Source: Octopus sinensis (taxonomy: Eukaryota). From it: 53,929 bases of DNA. This document shows, in pieces, positions 38,473 to 52,253 of this stretch. A program made the translations under genes and the position numbers. Where the stretch lies: positions 1-53,929 of the forward strand of contig NW_021834700.1 of the NCBI RefSeq assembly GCF_006345805.1. The letters are read 5' to 3'. Each line of letters opens with the position of its first letter. Within the stretch, counting starts at the first letter, position 1. The notes below the pieces were generated by a model, which was given only the letters and a program-made list of their open reading frames with translations, did not search any database and was not told where the DNA came from.

Positions 38473-38929
38473 CCTTCTGGAACAGGCGCTGAAAGACACT
38501 CAAGGCTGTTTTGCTAAAAATATGTCAACCCATACAAACATGAATCCAATTGGATTTCTTTTTAAGAAATGAGGGAGAGATAGAAATAGATACCCCTTAA
38601 ATTGCTATATGAATAAAAATGGGATTGTTATGTCTGGATTCCCTGTAGTGTTGGGCATATACCAACGGCTCCCATCTATTATTTAGTAACAATTGACCAT
38701 CTGAAAAATAAACCTGTGAATGAGGTGGGAATATAGCCGAGTATGAAAAATAAATACCAAAGAACCAAATGAATGCCATATTCCTATAAAGTGTACCCAT
38801 TCACTCTGTGAATGTGACATTCTTTCCCCTTTGTGCGAGTGTATTCTTAACTGAGGCTCGGACAGGTTAAAGACTTGCGAGTGGAATTGAGAGACGGGAA
38901 ACTGTGCAGAAACTCGTCGTGTATTTATG

Positions 38930-38992
<63 letters not shown>

Positions 38993-39131
38993 CTGTGTGT
39001 GTCTGTGTGTGTGCATGCGTGTGTGTGCTTGTGTCTATGTGTGTACAAAATAACTATATATATATATATATATTTAATACATGCATGTGTATGTGTGTAT
39101 GTTTCTGTATAAATAGTTATATACTTATTTT

Positions 39132-39705
39132 AGGCGTAGGAGTGGCTGTGTGGTAAGTACATTGCTTACAAACCACGTGTTTCTGGGTTCAGTCCCACTG
39201 CGTGGCACCTTGGACACGTGTCTTCTACTATAGCCTCGGGCCGACCAAAGCCTTGTGAGTGGATTTGGTAGACGGAAACTGAAAGAAGCCCGTCGTACAT
39301 ATGTATATATACATATTATTATAGCTGCCCCCTCGTTATCGAGTATGGCCATTGCGCGAAGCTTAACTGTTACTGGTGCTGTGATCTACAATGTCTTGTA
39401 CAGAATTGGCAACTAAAACCTTTACTGGTAATAGCCGGCTGTAGTTGTAACTGGGCTTCATGTACCTTTGCATGTCGTTGAAGTTTCCTGCCGAATTACA
39501 CTCTCTTCTACATGCCCGACAGATATGATTAGTATGGTGTGTTACACCACCACCAGTGGCCAGGTTGTCACTCATCTGTCTCAAAGGACGGAGGAACTTT
39601 TGAGAGTCAACGGCCAACCAATAAATGTGTAGTTTTTTTTCTTCTTAAGGCTCAAGGCTGTATCATGCGCGGAAACATAGAAATAATCAGACTGAATATA
39701 TACAT

Positions 39706-39736
<31 letters not shown>

Positions 39737-39750
39737 TATATGTGTGTGTG

Positions 39751-39810
<60 letters not shown>

Positions 39811-40020
39811 ATGCTTGTGTTTCTATGTTTGTACCCCCAACATCGCTTCACGACTGATGTTGGTGTGTTTACGTCCCCTTAAGTTAGCGGTACGGCAAAA
39901 GAGACCGATAGAATAAGTATCTGCCTTAAGAAATAAGTGGATTTGTTGGATGATAGCCTTCGTAACAGTGCTGCAGCAAAGCCGCAACCCAATGAAAGAA
40001 ATGAGTTAAATAGAAAAGGA
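39132..40020 (+). mobile_element. SINE family A (39132-39300 and 39830-40020) split by an insertion
   Basis: Head and tail both recognisable. Confidence 0.8.
39315..39640 (-). mobile_element. Probable RTE-type LINE 3' end
   Basis: With one frameshift it reads ICRACRRECNSAGNF.RHAKVH, a C2H2-like finger. A 3' hairpin CTCG ATAA CGAG and a short (ATA)n tail follow. Confidence 0.5.
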
Positions 40021-40194
40021 TAAACGTTAAACGGAGAAACTGTAACCGAAGCATAAATTGTTGATTATATTTTGATGCCCCGCGGTAAATGTCTACAAAT
40101 AGAATTTACTCTGATTTAACCGTCACGATGATGTGGACAACGTTGACCTCAAGGCATGGAAGTAGCGCAGCTAATCTCCATCACCACCAAGAAT

Positions 40195-40297
40195 AACAAT
40201 AATAATAATAATAATAATAATAATGATAATAATAATAATAATACGATGATGATGATGATGAAGATGATGATAATAATAATAATAATAATGATAATAA

Positions 40298-40347
<50 letters not shown>

Positions 40348-40530
40348 TAATAATAATGATAATAATAATAATAATAATAATGATAATAATAATAATAATA
40401 ATAATAAGAAGAAGAAGAAGAAGAGGAAGAAGAAGAAGAAGAGGAAGAAGAAAAAGAAGATGATGATGATGCTGATGATGATGAAGTAGAAGAAGTAGAG
40501 CAACAACGACAACAACAACAACAACAGCAT
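40195..40530. repeat. Compound (TAA)n/(GAT)n/(GAA)n/(CAA)n trinucleotide array
   Basis: Direct reading. Confidence 0.95.
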
Positions 40531-41275
40531 GTAGAACAACAGCAGAGAAAATTGTTAGGTAACAAGATTAATGTAAAAATTTATATCGAATTGGAATAAA
40601 AACGTTATAAAAAATTGCATTTTCTGGCATTTGACCGTTTATTATTTCTTCTAAACGACTTAGAGAATGGTATTTTTTAAAATCTATCTATATCTATATA
40701 TTTTATATATCTATACATACATACATACATACATACTATATATATACATACATTATATATATTATATATATTATAATATATAATATATATATATAATATA
40801 TGTATGTATGTATGTATGTGTATCTATTTTTTTCTTATTGAATTTGTCACTTAATTTCTCTTCTGTTTATTCATGATTGACATCAATTTGAATGTAGAAA
40901 TAATTACGTTAAGAGATGTGACATCGATTTCATACGAAGAAGCTGATGTCACATACGTATACACATTCAATATTACAAACACACACACACACAAGCGCAC
41001 ACTCAGCATTTATACACACACATAAATATATATAGACATTGCTTTATATGTGTGCGTGTGTTATTGTATTTATAAATATATATAAACATCTATCTCCATA
41101 TCTACAACTCTCTCTCTCTACCTTTCTCTCTTTGTCTCCCTCTATCTCTCTCTCTCTCTCTCATATAATATAATATATATATATATATACATCCATCTAT
41201 ATAAACATCTATCTAACACTCATTCTGTGTATATGTGTATATACATATATTTATATAAATATATATATATATAAT

Positions 41276-41330
<55 letters not shown>

Positions 41331-41352
41331 ATATATAATATATATGTATATA

Positions 41353-41400
<48 letters not shown>

Positions 41401-41591
41401 CATCTATATAAACATCTTTCTAACATTCATTCTGTGTGTATGTGTTTATACATAGACACACACACATGCAGACACCACACATACGCAACACTCTAGAACA
41501 CATGAATTCGTACCAAACAGGTGCAAATTTATGTTCACCTGCAAAACTGTTTAGCAATTTCAAAGTTATCTTACCTGTACTTGCAACTCAC

Positions 41592-41705
41592 ATCACGGCC
41601 ATGGTGATTGTGTTTGAATATTACGTAAGAAGACCAGTTAACCTTGCAATACTCAGGCATTGCACACGTTGCTGTATAGACTTGGCATTTCAAGCTGTCG
41701 AACGA
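41592..41705 (-). CDS. Candidate internal coding exon of an unidentified gene (38 aa, Cys/His-containing)
   Basis: ttccag|SFDSLKCQVYTATCAMPEYCKVNWSSYVIFKHNHHGRD|gtgagt, phase 0-0. Alternative donor CAG|gtaaga at 41575 and alternative acceptor at 41745. Only one minus frame is open; no homologue recognised. Confidence 0.25.
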
Positions 41706-42417
41706 CTGGAAGTCATCACTATTTGTGCTCGGGCATGGCCACATTCTTTAGTTTCAACCAGTAAAATTAAATTATGTTTATCATATATATATATATTTCG
41801 TTTTTGGATTTGGTTTGGAAGATTCTTTATGCGAGTTTGTGTGTTGAATGCATATTCTGTTGTGTCTGGGGAGAGTCATTCTATTTTAGTGCCTTATAAT
41901 TAACACACTCATTGGTAAAATCTCCCCTATTTCTTTTCTGTTTTTCAAAAATTTTGGTTGCGTCTTGCGAACTTTTCAGTAGTTTTGACTTTGTCCGTTA
42001 TTCACGCTACGTTCTGTTTTTGTTTGTTTGTGCGCATGTGTGTGGGTTAGTGTGTGTGTGTACCTGCACATTCATGCATGTATGTATGCATTTATGAAAG
42101 TATGAATGTATGAATGTATGTATGTATGTATGTATATATGTATGCATGTCTGTGTATACATGTATTGTGTGTGTGCATATGTATATATGTATATATATTC
42201 GTATGTATTCCGCATATTCATGAGTCTGCTTGCCCGTGTTTGTGTGTTTTTATGTATGTGCGTGCGTTTGTGCGTGTGCGCTCGCATATGAGTGTGTACC
42301 TCTGTTTCCTTGTGTGTGCATGTTGACTGTGTGTGTGAGAGTGTTTGCAACTATGTACCATGTTTGTATGTGTGGATGTGCCTCTCCGTCTGTATGTTGA
42401 TCTGTTTACTTTCATAT

Positions 42418-42465
<48 letters not shown>

Positions 42466-42762
42466 ATATATATGCTCATACACTCCTAACACACACATAC
42501 ATACATCGATCTACATGACAGCCCACTAACTATTCTACTCTACATGTGTACAGTGTAGGTATATATATATATATATATAAAGTAGTTACTGTAAGTTTAG
42601 AGTGATTACTTGATAAGTGTAAGCACCTGTATATGCTAGATAGTGGCAGAGGTGAGAGAGAATATATGAAATATACATTAAATATAATTAAAAACATAAA
42701 TAAAATATTAAAAAATAAAATATAAATTAAATATAACTTAAAAATCCTTTGTGTTCTGTTTT

Positions 42763-42794
<32 letters not shown>

Positions 42795-42801
<7 letters not shown>

Positions 42802-42995
42802 AATCCAAACAAGAAAGCACAAAAAACACAACAACGCGAGGACCTGGAACAAATATAGTATTATTGGACGCTGAGGAAAGAAGGAAGGTTTAACGTTTCG
42901 AGCGGAGCTCTTCGTCGGAATCATAGGAGAAAGAAAGATCCAGAGAAGGGAAGACAGAGGAAATAAAATCGTCAACGGTACACACGAGGTCCCAT
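42795..42995 (-). mobile_element. PLE terminal fragment with HHR-like motif (42887-42923)
   Basis: Reverse complement reads CCGACGA-a-GAGC tcc GCTC-GAAACGTT. The same family appears as a shorter piece at 37540-37610 and is related to 11305-11480. Confidence 0.6.
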
Positions 42996-44110
42996 TTTGA
43001 CATATACATATACATATATTGGTTTGGCTTATGTTTTCTTAACTTAGCGGTTCGGCAAAACTGTCGGCTAGCACTAAACTTTCAAAAAATCCGTCCTGTG
43101 ATCGATACATTTGGCTAAGATCCTGCACGGCTGAGACTCAGAACTAACACACATAAAATATTATACCTCTCACACACTCACAGACACACGCACACACACA
43201 TACTTACAAACACTCACACACACAGCATATACACACATGTATACAATACCCAATGCAGAACATAGCAGTATTAAAATGGATACGTGTATTGTACATTGTG
43301 CAGCGAATCTTGGGATAAATTCATAATCAAATATGAATATATATCTCGTATATTTCCGATAAATTTGCTCTTTTGCAATCTATATTCTACATCCGAAATA
43401 TTAAATAAACTTATGAATATATTTCGATTATTTTTTCCCCGCCTGATTACATTTCTATATTCATTGTTGGCATCGTTGTTTACCCTTTCTTTTTCCAGCC
43501 CCTTTCATATATTTTGTGCCATCTGCAATACAAAATAAAAAAAATAAAAATAAACACACATTTCATTTCAAGTTGTTAATTTCTAAGCTATATGGATACC
43601 AGATGCATCAAATTTAATAAAGACATTAACTGTTATGTGAATAGATACATTTGAAAATTCAATTATTTCAAGGTTAAATGTGATATTGTTAATATCGTTT
43701 GTTAAACATTATTGAATTTTTACGAGGTCGGTGGATAATCTCATTTCTTTCAAGTCATCGATTATATAAAACAATATCTATAAATCTATGCTATAATGAA
43801 TCTAATTCCAGTATGTGTTTAATTCTAATGGTTCATATTTAATATCTGTACGTGAATGCCAGAATCTATATCAATCATTCGTTGTTATTTTGCTGTATGC
43901 AGTGTTTTCATATATTGCATCGAAGTATGTCAGGAGCTGTTCCTCATCCGTTGGTTATCGCCAGATCTTCATTTTTGTTTATTGTCACATCCTTTGCGTC
44001 GCTTAAACCCGAGCGATGTTGTCCAGATGCCTGTAAATATTTACCATACGACCTCGTCTTATCAGATTTTCCGTATAAAAATATACAAACACACATACAC
44101 ACACTTATCC

Positions 44111-44224
<114 letters not shown>

Positions 44225-44309
44225 TTACCTACCTATCTATATATATATCTATCTATCTATGTATCTATCTATCTATATATCTATCTGTCTTTCTGTCTGT
44301 CTGCCTGTT

Positions 44310-44353
<44 letters not shown>

Positions 44354-44363
44354 AATACATATA

Positions 44364-44998
44364 TGGATGCATACAAGCAGTCAAGGAACCTCCTGATGCT
44401 AATCTTCTACAGAAAGACCTAGATGCTATATACAAATAGGCTGAGGGCAATAACATGCAATACAATGCAGACAAATTGCAAGCCCTCCGCTACCAGGTAT
44501 TTGGTGCTGAGAAGTCCCAGCAACGATACTTTGGACGAAAAGGAACGGAAATCCTAGAATCAAAAACGGTGCGTGATCTTGAGATTGATATGAGCAACGA
44601 TACCACGTTTCAGATGCATGTCATTAAGATGGTGGCAGCGTGCAGGCGAATGGCCGGATGGATTCTGAGAGCATTCAGAACAAAAGACCAGGAAACTATA
44701 ATGATCCTATGGAGGACATTTGTCCTCAGCCGTCCGACCTACTGCTCTCAATGGTGGTCACCTCATACTGTATGATTAGTAGCAGAACTTGAAGCAGTTC
44801 AGCGATGCTACACGAGGAAGATTGCATAATTGGAACAGCGGAGCTACTGGAAGAGACTGCAGCGAAGAGAGGGGAGGTATGCAGTGATATATGTGTGCAA
44901 GATATTGGAGCGGCTGGCACCAAACTTTGGAATTGAAAGTTGCATGAGACCTCGAAATGGACGCCTATGTACCAAAATTCCCAGCTGTCTCATCTAAG
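44364..44998 (+). pseudogene. Decayed LINE reverse-transcriptase C-terminal region (CR1/L2/Jockey group)
   Basis: LLQKDLDAIYK*AEGNNMQYNADK...VRDLEIDMSNDTTFQMHV...MAGWILRAFRTKD...LWRTFVLSRPTYCSQWWSP...LEAVQRCYTRKI. Confidence 0.88.
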
Positions 44999-45009
44999 GT
45001 GAGGCCTAC

Positions 45010-48000
45010 AGCGAGATCGACTTTCATCCTTTTGGGGTCGATTAAATAAGTACCAGTTACGCACTGGGGTCGATGTAATCGACTTAATCCCTTTTTCAGT
45101 CCTTGTTTGTCCCCTGTGGGCAATAAAGAAGTAAATAATTAATGTGACCTTGTGGCAGAATTGTTAGCACGCTGTGCAAAAGGCTTTGTTCGGCACCAGG
45201 TTATAATAGACTGCAACATCTGAAGGGGCCACGCGGTGGCACTGAATCCGGAACCATGTGCTTCAGAAGGAAATAAACATGTACACACACACACCCACAC
45301 CCACACACACACAAAACTACATATTTAAATCAACCATCTTTTCGGTCGTTCTGCTTTTTTAAATTTCTTTCTTTTTATATCCGTCTATCTGTATACTATA
45401 CTTATAACTGGGACCTGTTGACATGTTTGTTCTGAATTGATTTCCATACACTCTCCCTTCGCAATTATCCGATCAAAATTGCATTGCGCCAGTGAGAAAC
45501 GTGTTGCAGACATTCATCCAACGGAAACGTGTCATTGAACCCGTGTTGTGATAACATAGATAATATATCTAAATGCTTTTTTTATCCTGCGCTCTACAGA
45601 TTTCAGTAATCCCTTCCATAACTTACTGTCTTTATCGTGTGAGAATTATTTTTTACGTTCAAATAGACGCTCACACGCTCATACACACATTCACATATTA
45701 CGTGATGAGACAAACAGATTTCCTTTCACACACATAGAACCTGATGTTGAATTCTTCGTTGCAGTGAAGTTACACTGTTACATAGAAGAGACAAATTATG
45801 TATTTGATAAGAATTTATAGAATCTGTAGAATCCATAAAGATTTAGAATCTTCGAGAGGAGGCAAAGTGATTCTTTTTTGGAGCTGTTAAACTCGAAGCA
45901 GATGAAGCTACAAATATTAGCGTGTCAACATTTGTGAATATTGGTTTTCCAATTGTGGCACAAGACCACCAATTTCGGGGTGGCGGGGCGTGGCGATTTC
46001 ATCGACCTTTGTGCTAAAATAATTCTTATTCTATCGTCTCCACAAATGATGAAAGATAAAGCTGACCTCTGCAGAATCTCAACTCAGAAATACCGCAAAA
46101 CATTTAGTCCGGCATGTTAAGGATTCTGCCAAGTTGGCGCCTTAATATTCGATTCAAATTTTGGCACAACGTCAGCAAGTTCGAGGAAGGAGGTAAAACT
46201 ATTAGATCGATCCCCAGTACATAACTGGTACTTCTTATATCGATCCCAAGTAGACGAAAGACAAAGTCGACCTCAGCGGAATTTGAACTCAGAACGTAAA
46301 AATCGATGAAACGCCGCAAACCATTTTGCACAGCGTGCTAACAATTCTGCCAAATCACCACGTTAATTATATATTTCTTCATTGCCGACAGAGGACTAAA
46401 GATATAGGGGAAAAACAACGACTGACAAAGGGATTAAGTTGATTTGATCGACCCCAGTGCGCAATTGGTATTTATTTATTGACGCGGAAAGGATGAAAGG
46501 CAAAGTCGACCTCGCTGGAATTTGAACTTAGAAAGTAAAGGCGGATGAAATACCGCAAATCATTTTGCACAGCGTGCATAACGATTCTGCCAAATCGCCG
46601 CATTAATATTGGCGATTTTGGGGTTACAAAAAATGTTTTGGATAGAAAATGTCAGACAGAATAAAATAAATAATGAAATTTGAAGGATTGCATTGGTCCT
46701 ATGCTAGAACGCTTGTTACGCTTGCAAAAGCTGTGGTCTTGTGTTGCACGAGAATCTCTCGGGCCATTGCTGTCCAAAACCCGCTTTTAACCCAACATTT
46801 ATACGCTAATCATATGTGTTTTTTTTACGATTTCACTCTGGTCAGGATGAATGCACCTTGCCCAGAGATTTGCTAGTGAAACTGACATCTGTGTAACGAT
46901 TCATTTCCCTCTGTAATTGTTGTAGGTTAAGCTTTACAGGGAATGCAAATGATGCAGTGTTTTAGAATGTCGAACCTCTTGGGAGCAAGACTCATGTAGT
47001 TTGTGTTTATTGCCTGATCGAACATACTTGTCAACCACAACCGTCTGTCCGGGATCATTTCATCTGTCACACATAAGCGATCTTGTGTGAAAACGGTAAA
47101 AACTAACCTCTGCGCACAAGAAAAAAAAAATCTAATTCCTACAACACACAATTTGAAGACCGTTATTAATGTTTCTTTTTGATTTATTTCATTTATTCGT
47201 GATGGCAAAAACGGTGTATTTTTCAAGAGATGTTCATATATTTACTAACACGTGTTGGCAGAAACGTTACAAATGCTGGCTAAAAGGCGTAGCGGCATTT
47301 CGTCCGTCCTTACGTCCTGAGTTCAAATTCCATGGTGGTCAATGTTGTTTTCACCCTTTCGGGGTTCGATAAAGTTGGGAGTTGAACATGGACTTGATGT
47401 AATCGTCTCCCTCCTTCCCTTTCTATATCTTTCTGTATCTTGGTCCCCGGATCTTACATATATACGTGTACGTCCTAGGAGGTTAGCGGTTCGGGAAAAG
47501 CATCGGCAGAATAACTAACAGACTTATTAGTAGGTATTGCTGTGGACTCGTTCGACTACTAATGTTCTAGGTGGTGCCCCAGCATGGCAGCAGTCTAAAT
47601 ACTGAAAGAAGTGAAAGACAAAAGCCAACAGATACACAAGAAACCCAAAAGTAAATGGACACCATTGACTTATGTTTTTTTTTTCTCTAATGGTTTATAA
47701 TCTTTTCTACTCTAGGTACAAGGACCGAAATTTTGGGAGAAGGGCCAGTCGATTAGTGTGACTCCAGTAGGCAATTGCTACTTAATTTATCGACCCCGAA
47801 AGGATAAATGGAAGAGTTGACCTCGGTGGAATTTGATCTCAGTACGTAAAGTCAGAGGAAGTATTGCTAAATATATCGTCCAGCGTGCTTACGTTTCTGG
47901 CAGCTCGCTGCCCTAAGGAATATTCTTTTCTCCTCAGGCACAAAGCCCGAAATTTTGGGGAAGGGGCCAGTCGATTAGATGGACACCAGTACGCAACTGG

Positions 48001-48135
48001 TACTTAATTTATGGACCCCGAAGGGATGAATGGCAAAGTTGACTTCGGCGGGATTTGATCTCAGAACGTAAAGGCAGACGAAATACGGCTACGTATTTCG
48101 CCCGGCGTGCTAACGTTTCTGCCAGCTCGCCGCCT
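45010..48135. mobile_element. Cluster of about 7 SINE B copies (+45010-45135; -45950-46140; -46150-46365; -46375-46610; +47250-47410; -47700-47910; -47925-48135)
   Basis: Each copy shows the GTCGAC...GAATTTGAACTCAGAACGTAA core. Confidence 0.85.
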
Positions 48136-48211
48136 ACTAAGGATTTATATCGAGAAACAAAATAATGTCATCTGATGCATTTCAATACTTTATCTAGAAA
48201 GACATGAAACT

Positions 48212-48523
48212 CATGGCTCAATGGTTAGAATGTTGGGCTCACAATCGGGGGGTAATGAGTTCGATTCTGGGACGGGGCTGTGTGTTGTGTTCTTGAGCCA
48301 GACACTTTATTTCAAGTTCCTCCACTCCCGCATCTGTAGAAATGATTTGCGACATCACTGGCCCCTTTTGCCTTTCGCTTGGATAACATAGATGAAGTGG
48401 AGAGAGGAATTTGGTAAACATGGGTGACTGCTGATCTTCCATAAACAACCTCGTCCGTACTTGAGCCTCAGAGGGTAAATTTCTAGGTGTAATCCCATGG
48501 TCATCCATGAACAAGGCGGGTCC
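48212..48523 (+). mobile_element. SINE family C
   Basis: TGGCTCAATGGTTAG...GAGTTCGATTCT...TTGTGTTCTTGAGC; homologous to 49375-49710. Confidence 0.85.
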
Positions 48524-48605
48524 TTCTCTAGCAATCCGCCTTGCGAAGTTTTTAAAAAGTTAACCTCTTTACGGCATCGTACTAATAAGTAACGTTTGCA
48601 CAGAT

Positions 48606-48996
48606 ACTCTTTACTCTTTTACTTGTTTCAGTCATTTGACTGCGGCCATGCTGGAGCACTGCCTTTTAGTCGAGCAAATCGACCCCGGGACTTATTCTTT
48701 GTAAGCCCAGTACTTATTCTATCGGTCTCTCTTGCCGAACCGCTAAGTGACATGGACGTAAACACACCAGCATCGGTCGTCAAGCAATACTAGGGGGACA
48801 AACACACACACGCACACACATATATATATATATACATATATACGACAGGCTTCTTTCAGTTTCCGTCTACCAAATCCACTCACAAGGCATTGGTCGGCCC
48901 GGGGCTATAGCAGAAGACACTTGCCCAAGATGCCACATAGTGGGACTGAACCCGGAACCATGTGGTTGGTTAGCAAGCTACTTACTACACAGCCAC
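48606..48996 (-). mobile_element. SINE family A, near full length, young
   Basis: Reverse complement of 1580-1986 with few differences. Confidence 0.92.
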
Positions 48997-49374
48997 AGAA
49001 CGATATGATGAAGGGAGTTTATATACGTTTGAGGTGTCAGTGTACATCGAATATGTTCGATGGCATCTATGATATTAATGTCCATGTGCTAAACACCACT
49101 ATGGAAAACTTATAAATGTTATATTCAACACAACATTCCGTGTGAATGTTACTTCAAAATAACTTTGCAGATATAACATTGCATGTGTTAAATTGTTTTA
49201 TGCTGCGTCTAACGGTTACGTTGCTGTTAACTGGTTCAAAATATATCTGAGTTACATTTTATCACTTATCACTCTGCCTGCATTTAAAGAAGTGCGCACA
49301 CGTATGCATATATAAACACACGTAGATAGGTACCTAAAATATTATATATATATGTATATATGTATATATGAATG

Positions 49375-49710
49375 AAGGCGCGTGGCTCAGTGGTTAGAGC
49401 GTCGAGCTTACGATCGTGAGGTTGAGCTCGAATCCCGGATCGGGCTGCGTGTTGTGTTCTTGAGCAAGACACTTTATTTCACGTTGCTCCAGTTCACTCA
49501 GCTGTAGAAATGAGTTGCGACGTCAAAGGTGCCAAGCTGTATCGGCCCTTGCCTTTCCCTTGGACAACATCGGTGACGTTGAGAGGGGAGGCCGGTATGC
49601 ATGGGCGACAACTGGTCTTCCATAAAAAAATCAACCTTGCCCGGACTTGTGCCTCAGAGGGTAACAATCTAGGTGCAAATCCATGGTCAGTGTCTAACCG
49701 AAGGGGGTCA
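49375..49710 (+). mobile_element. SINE family C, full length
   Basis: A box TGGCTCAGTGG and B box GCTCGAATCCC are followed by CTTGAGCAAGACACTTTATTTCACGTTGCTCCAG. Confidence 0.9.
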
Positions 49711-49744
49711 CCAGCCACATAACCATATGTATATATGCAGCAGT

Positions 49745-50148
49745 AGGCGCAGGAGTGGATGTGTGGTAAGTAGCTTGCTAACCAACCTCATGGTTCCGGG
49801 TTGAGTCCCACCGCGTGGCATCTTGGGCAAATGGCTTCTGCTAAAACCCCGAGCCCCCAAATCCGAGCTGTGAGTGGATTTGGTAGACGGAAACTGAAAG
49901 AAGCCTGACGTATATGTGTATATATATATATATATGTTTGTGTGTGTGTGTATGTGTTTGTGTGTCTGTGTTTGTCTCCCTAGCATTGCTTGACAACCGA
50001 TGTTGGTGTGTTTACGTCCCCGTCACTTAGCGGTTCGGCAAAAAGAGCCCGATAGAAAGTACTGGGCTTACAAAGAATAAGTCCCGGGTCGATTTGCTCC
50101 AGCATAGCCGCAGTCAAATAACTGAAGCAAGTAAAAGAGAAAAGAGAA
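49745..50148 (+). mobile_element. SINE family A with small 3' deletion
   Basis: Homologous to other A copies. Confidence 0.9.
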
Positions 50149-50414
50149 GTGTATATATACACTAGTAATATACAGGATGTGATATAAAGCAGAGGTTCTC
50201 AAAGTGGGCGATACTGCTCCTTTCGGAGCGGTGGAAAGATACCGGGTTGATTTTGAAGAAGAGTTGCGTGATGATGGGTTAGCAAGAAGGGTACAATGGA
50301 TGTAAAATCACAAAATAAAGGGATGATTAGATAAAGCTTTATTTATGAATATACACTTGTTTTGAATTTGCTGTAGAAAGTGGTCTCTGTTGTGTAATTT
50401 TTTGCAAGGAATCT

Positions 50415-50580
50415 GGCTGATATGTTGCATTGTATCAATTTTCTTCGTGTAGTTTCCTAGCATAGACTCCAGTTGCATTTTTAATTTTATACACTTTGGT
50501 GACGAGAGTAGGGAGCTACAATCCGGGCGGCTGTGAACGAAAGTCCTCCAGAGGAACATCATGGTTTCCTTTAGTCTTGT
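50415..50580 (-). pseudogene. Short LINE RT fragment related to 44364-44998
   Basis: ETMMFLWRTFVHSRPDCSSLL...LESMLGNYTKKI. Confidence 0.7.
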
Positions 50581-51027
50581 TTGAAATAATATATATACAT
50601 ACACATGTATGCATATATATATGTATATATACATATATACACATATGTACACACATCCATATATATATATGTTCATATGTACTTCTATGAACACGCAAAC
50701 ACATATATATATAACCACACACACACACACACACACACAATATATATATATTATATATATATATATATATCATATACATATCTATACAGTATCTATACAT
50801 GCATGTTATAAGTACATATATGTTTGTATATGGTATATATATATATAATATATATATATAATATATATACATATACATATCTATACAGTATCTATACATG
50901 CATGTATATAAGTACATATATGTTTGTATATATGTATATATATAATATATATATATACATGCATATATATATATACATATACATAAAGTACATATATATG
51001 TATATAAGCATGTCTGTATATCGATAG

Positions 51028-51059
<32 letters not shown>

Positions 51060-51333
51060 ACATACATACATGCATACATACATACATATATATATAATAT
51101 ATATTTACATATATATATATGTATGTATATATGTATGTATATATATCTATATTCGTACACACAAATATATCCATATATAAATATATATATATATATATTA
51201 CTATATAAATATATATATATATATATCTATTATTTATTATAAGCACTTAATATATTATATTTTTTTTCATTTATCCTCTGTGTAGTATGTGCAAGTGTAT
51301 ACCTACACATATAAGTGTACACTCAAACATACA

Positions 51334-51365
<32 letters not shown>

Positions 51366-51912
51366 TCACATATATATATGTATATAATTATATATATATG
51401 TATATATATATACATACACATATATCTTCATGTACACACACGCACACATACACACACAAGCACACTCGCATGCACGCGATCGAGAATTTTCCAATATACA
51501 TCCAGATGAGATGAGTGGATGTCATATAAAATATAGTAAACAAGTTTCTGATCAGTAAGTGACGTGCATAAAGGGAAGATTGATGGCTCCCTCATCAGGG
51601 TTATAATTTAGATCTGTCACCAAATATATCTCATTTAATGATGATATATGCATTTGATGAAGTTGAAAATTTCTCACAAAGGACTACATTTAACCTCCCT
51701 TATACACACACACACATGTGTATAATTTAAAATCTACACACATATGAGTTCTCGATCACGTTCCCATAATCATCATATGCCAAAGATATACATATCTACA
51801 TGTATGCATAAATTATATGTATTCATATATATATATATATATGTGTGTGTGTGTATGTGTGTATATATATATATGTATACGTATATGCACTCCAAACACA
51901 CACTTACATATC

Positions 51913-51948
<36 letters not shown>

Positions 51949-52096
51949 TGTATATATATACATGTATATATAATATCATATATACATATATATGCATACA
52001 TATGTATATGATATTTATATATATCCATGTTTATATATGCATATATGAATTACGTATATGTGTGTATATATATTGATATATATATATATATTTTTA

Positions 52097-52136
<40 letters not shown>

Positions 52137-52253
52137 TACATATAATACATATATAGATATATATATATATAGATATGTATATACATATATATGTATATAA
52201 ATCTATATATATGTATATGTTTACATATATATATTGATATATACATATGTAAA

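Noticed and set aside
46985-47065. 54-nt minus exon candidate DRLCVTDEMIPDRRLWLT|gtatgt
   Set aside because: Splice motifs are plausible, but it is too short to support and is not phase-compatible with the 41.6-kb candidate.
51570-51602. Minus-strand CTGATGA-GGGA...TCCC
   Set aside because: A stem II-like pairing is present but is not followed by GAAA or a cleavage triplet.
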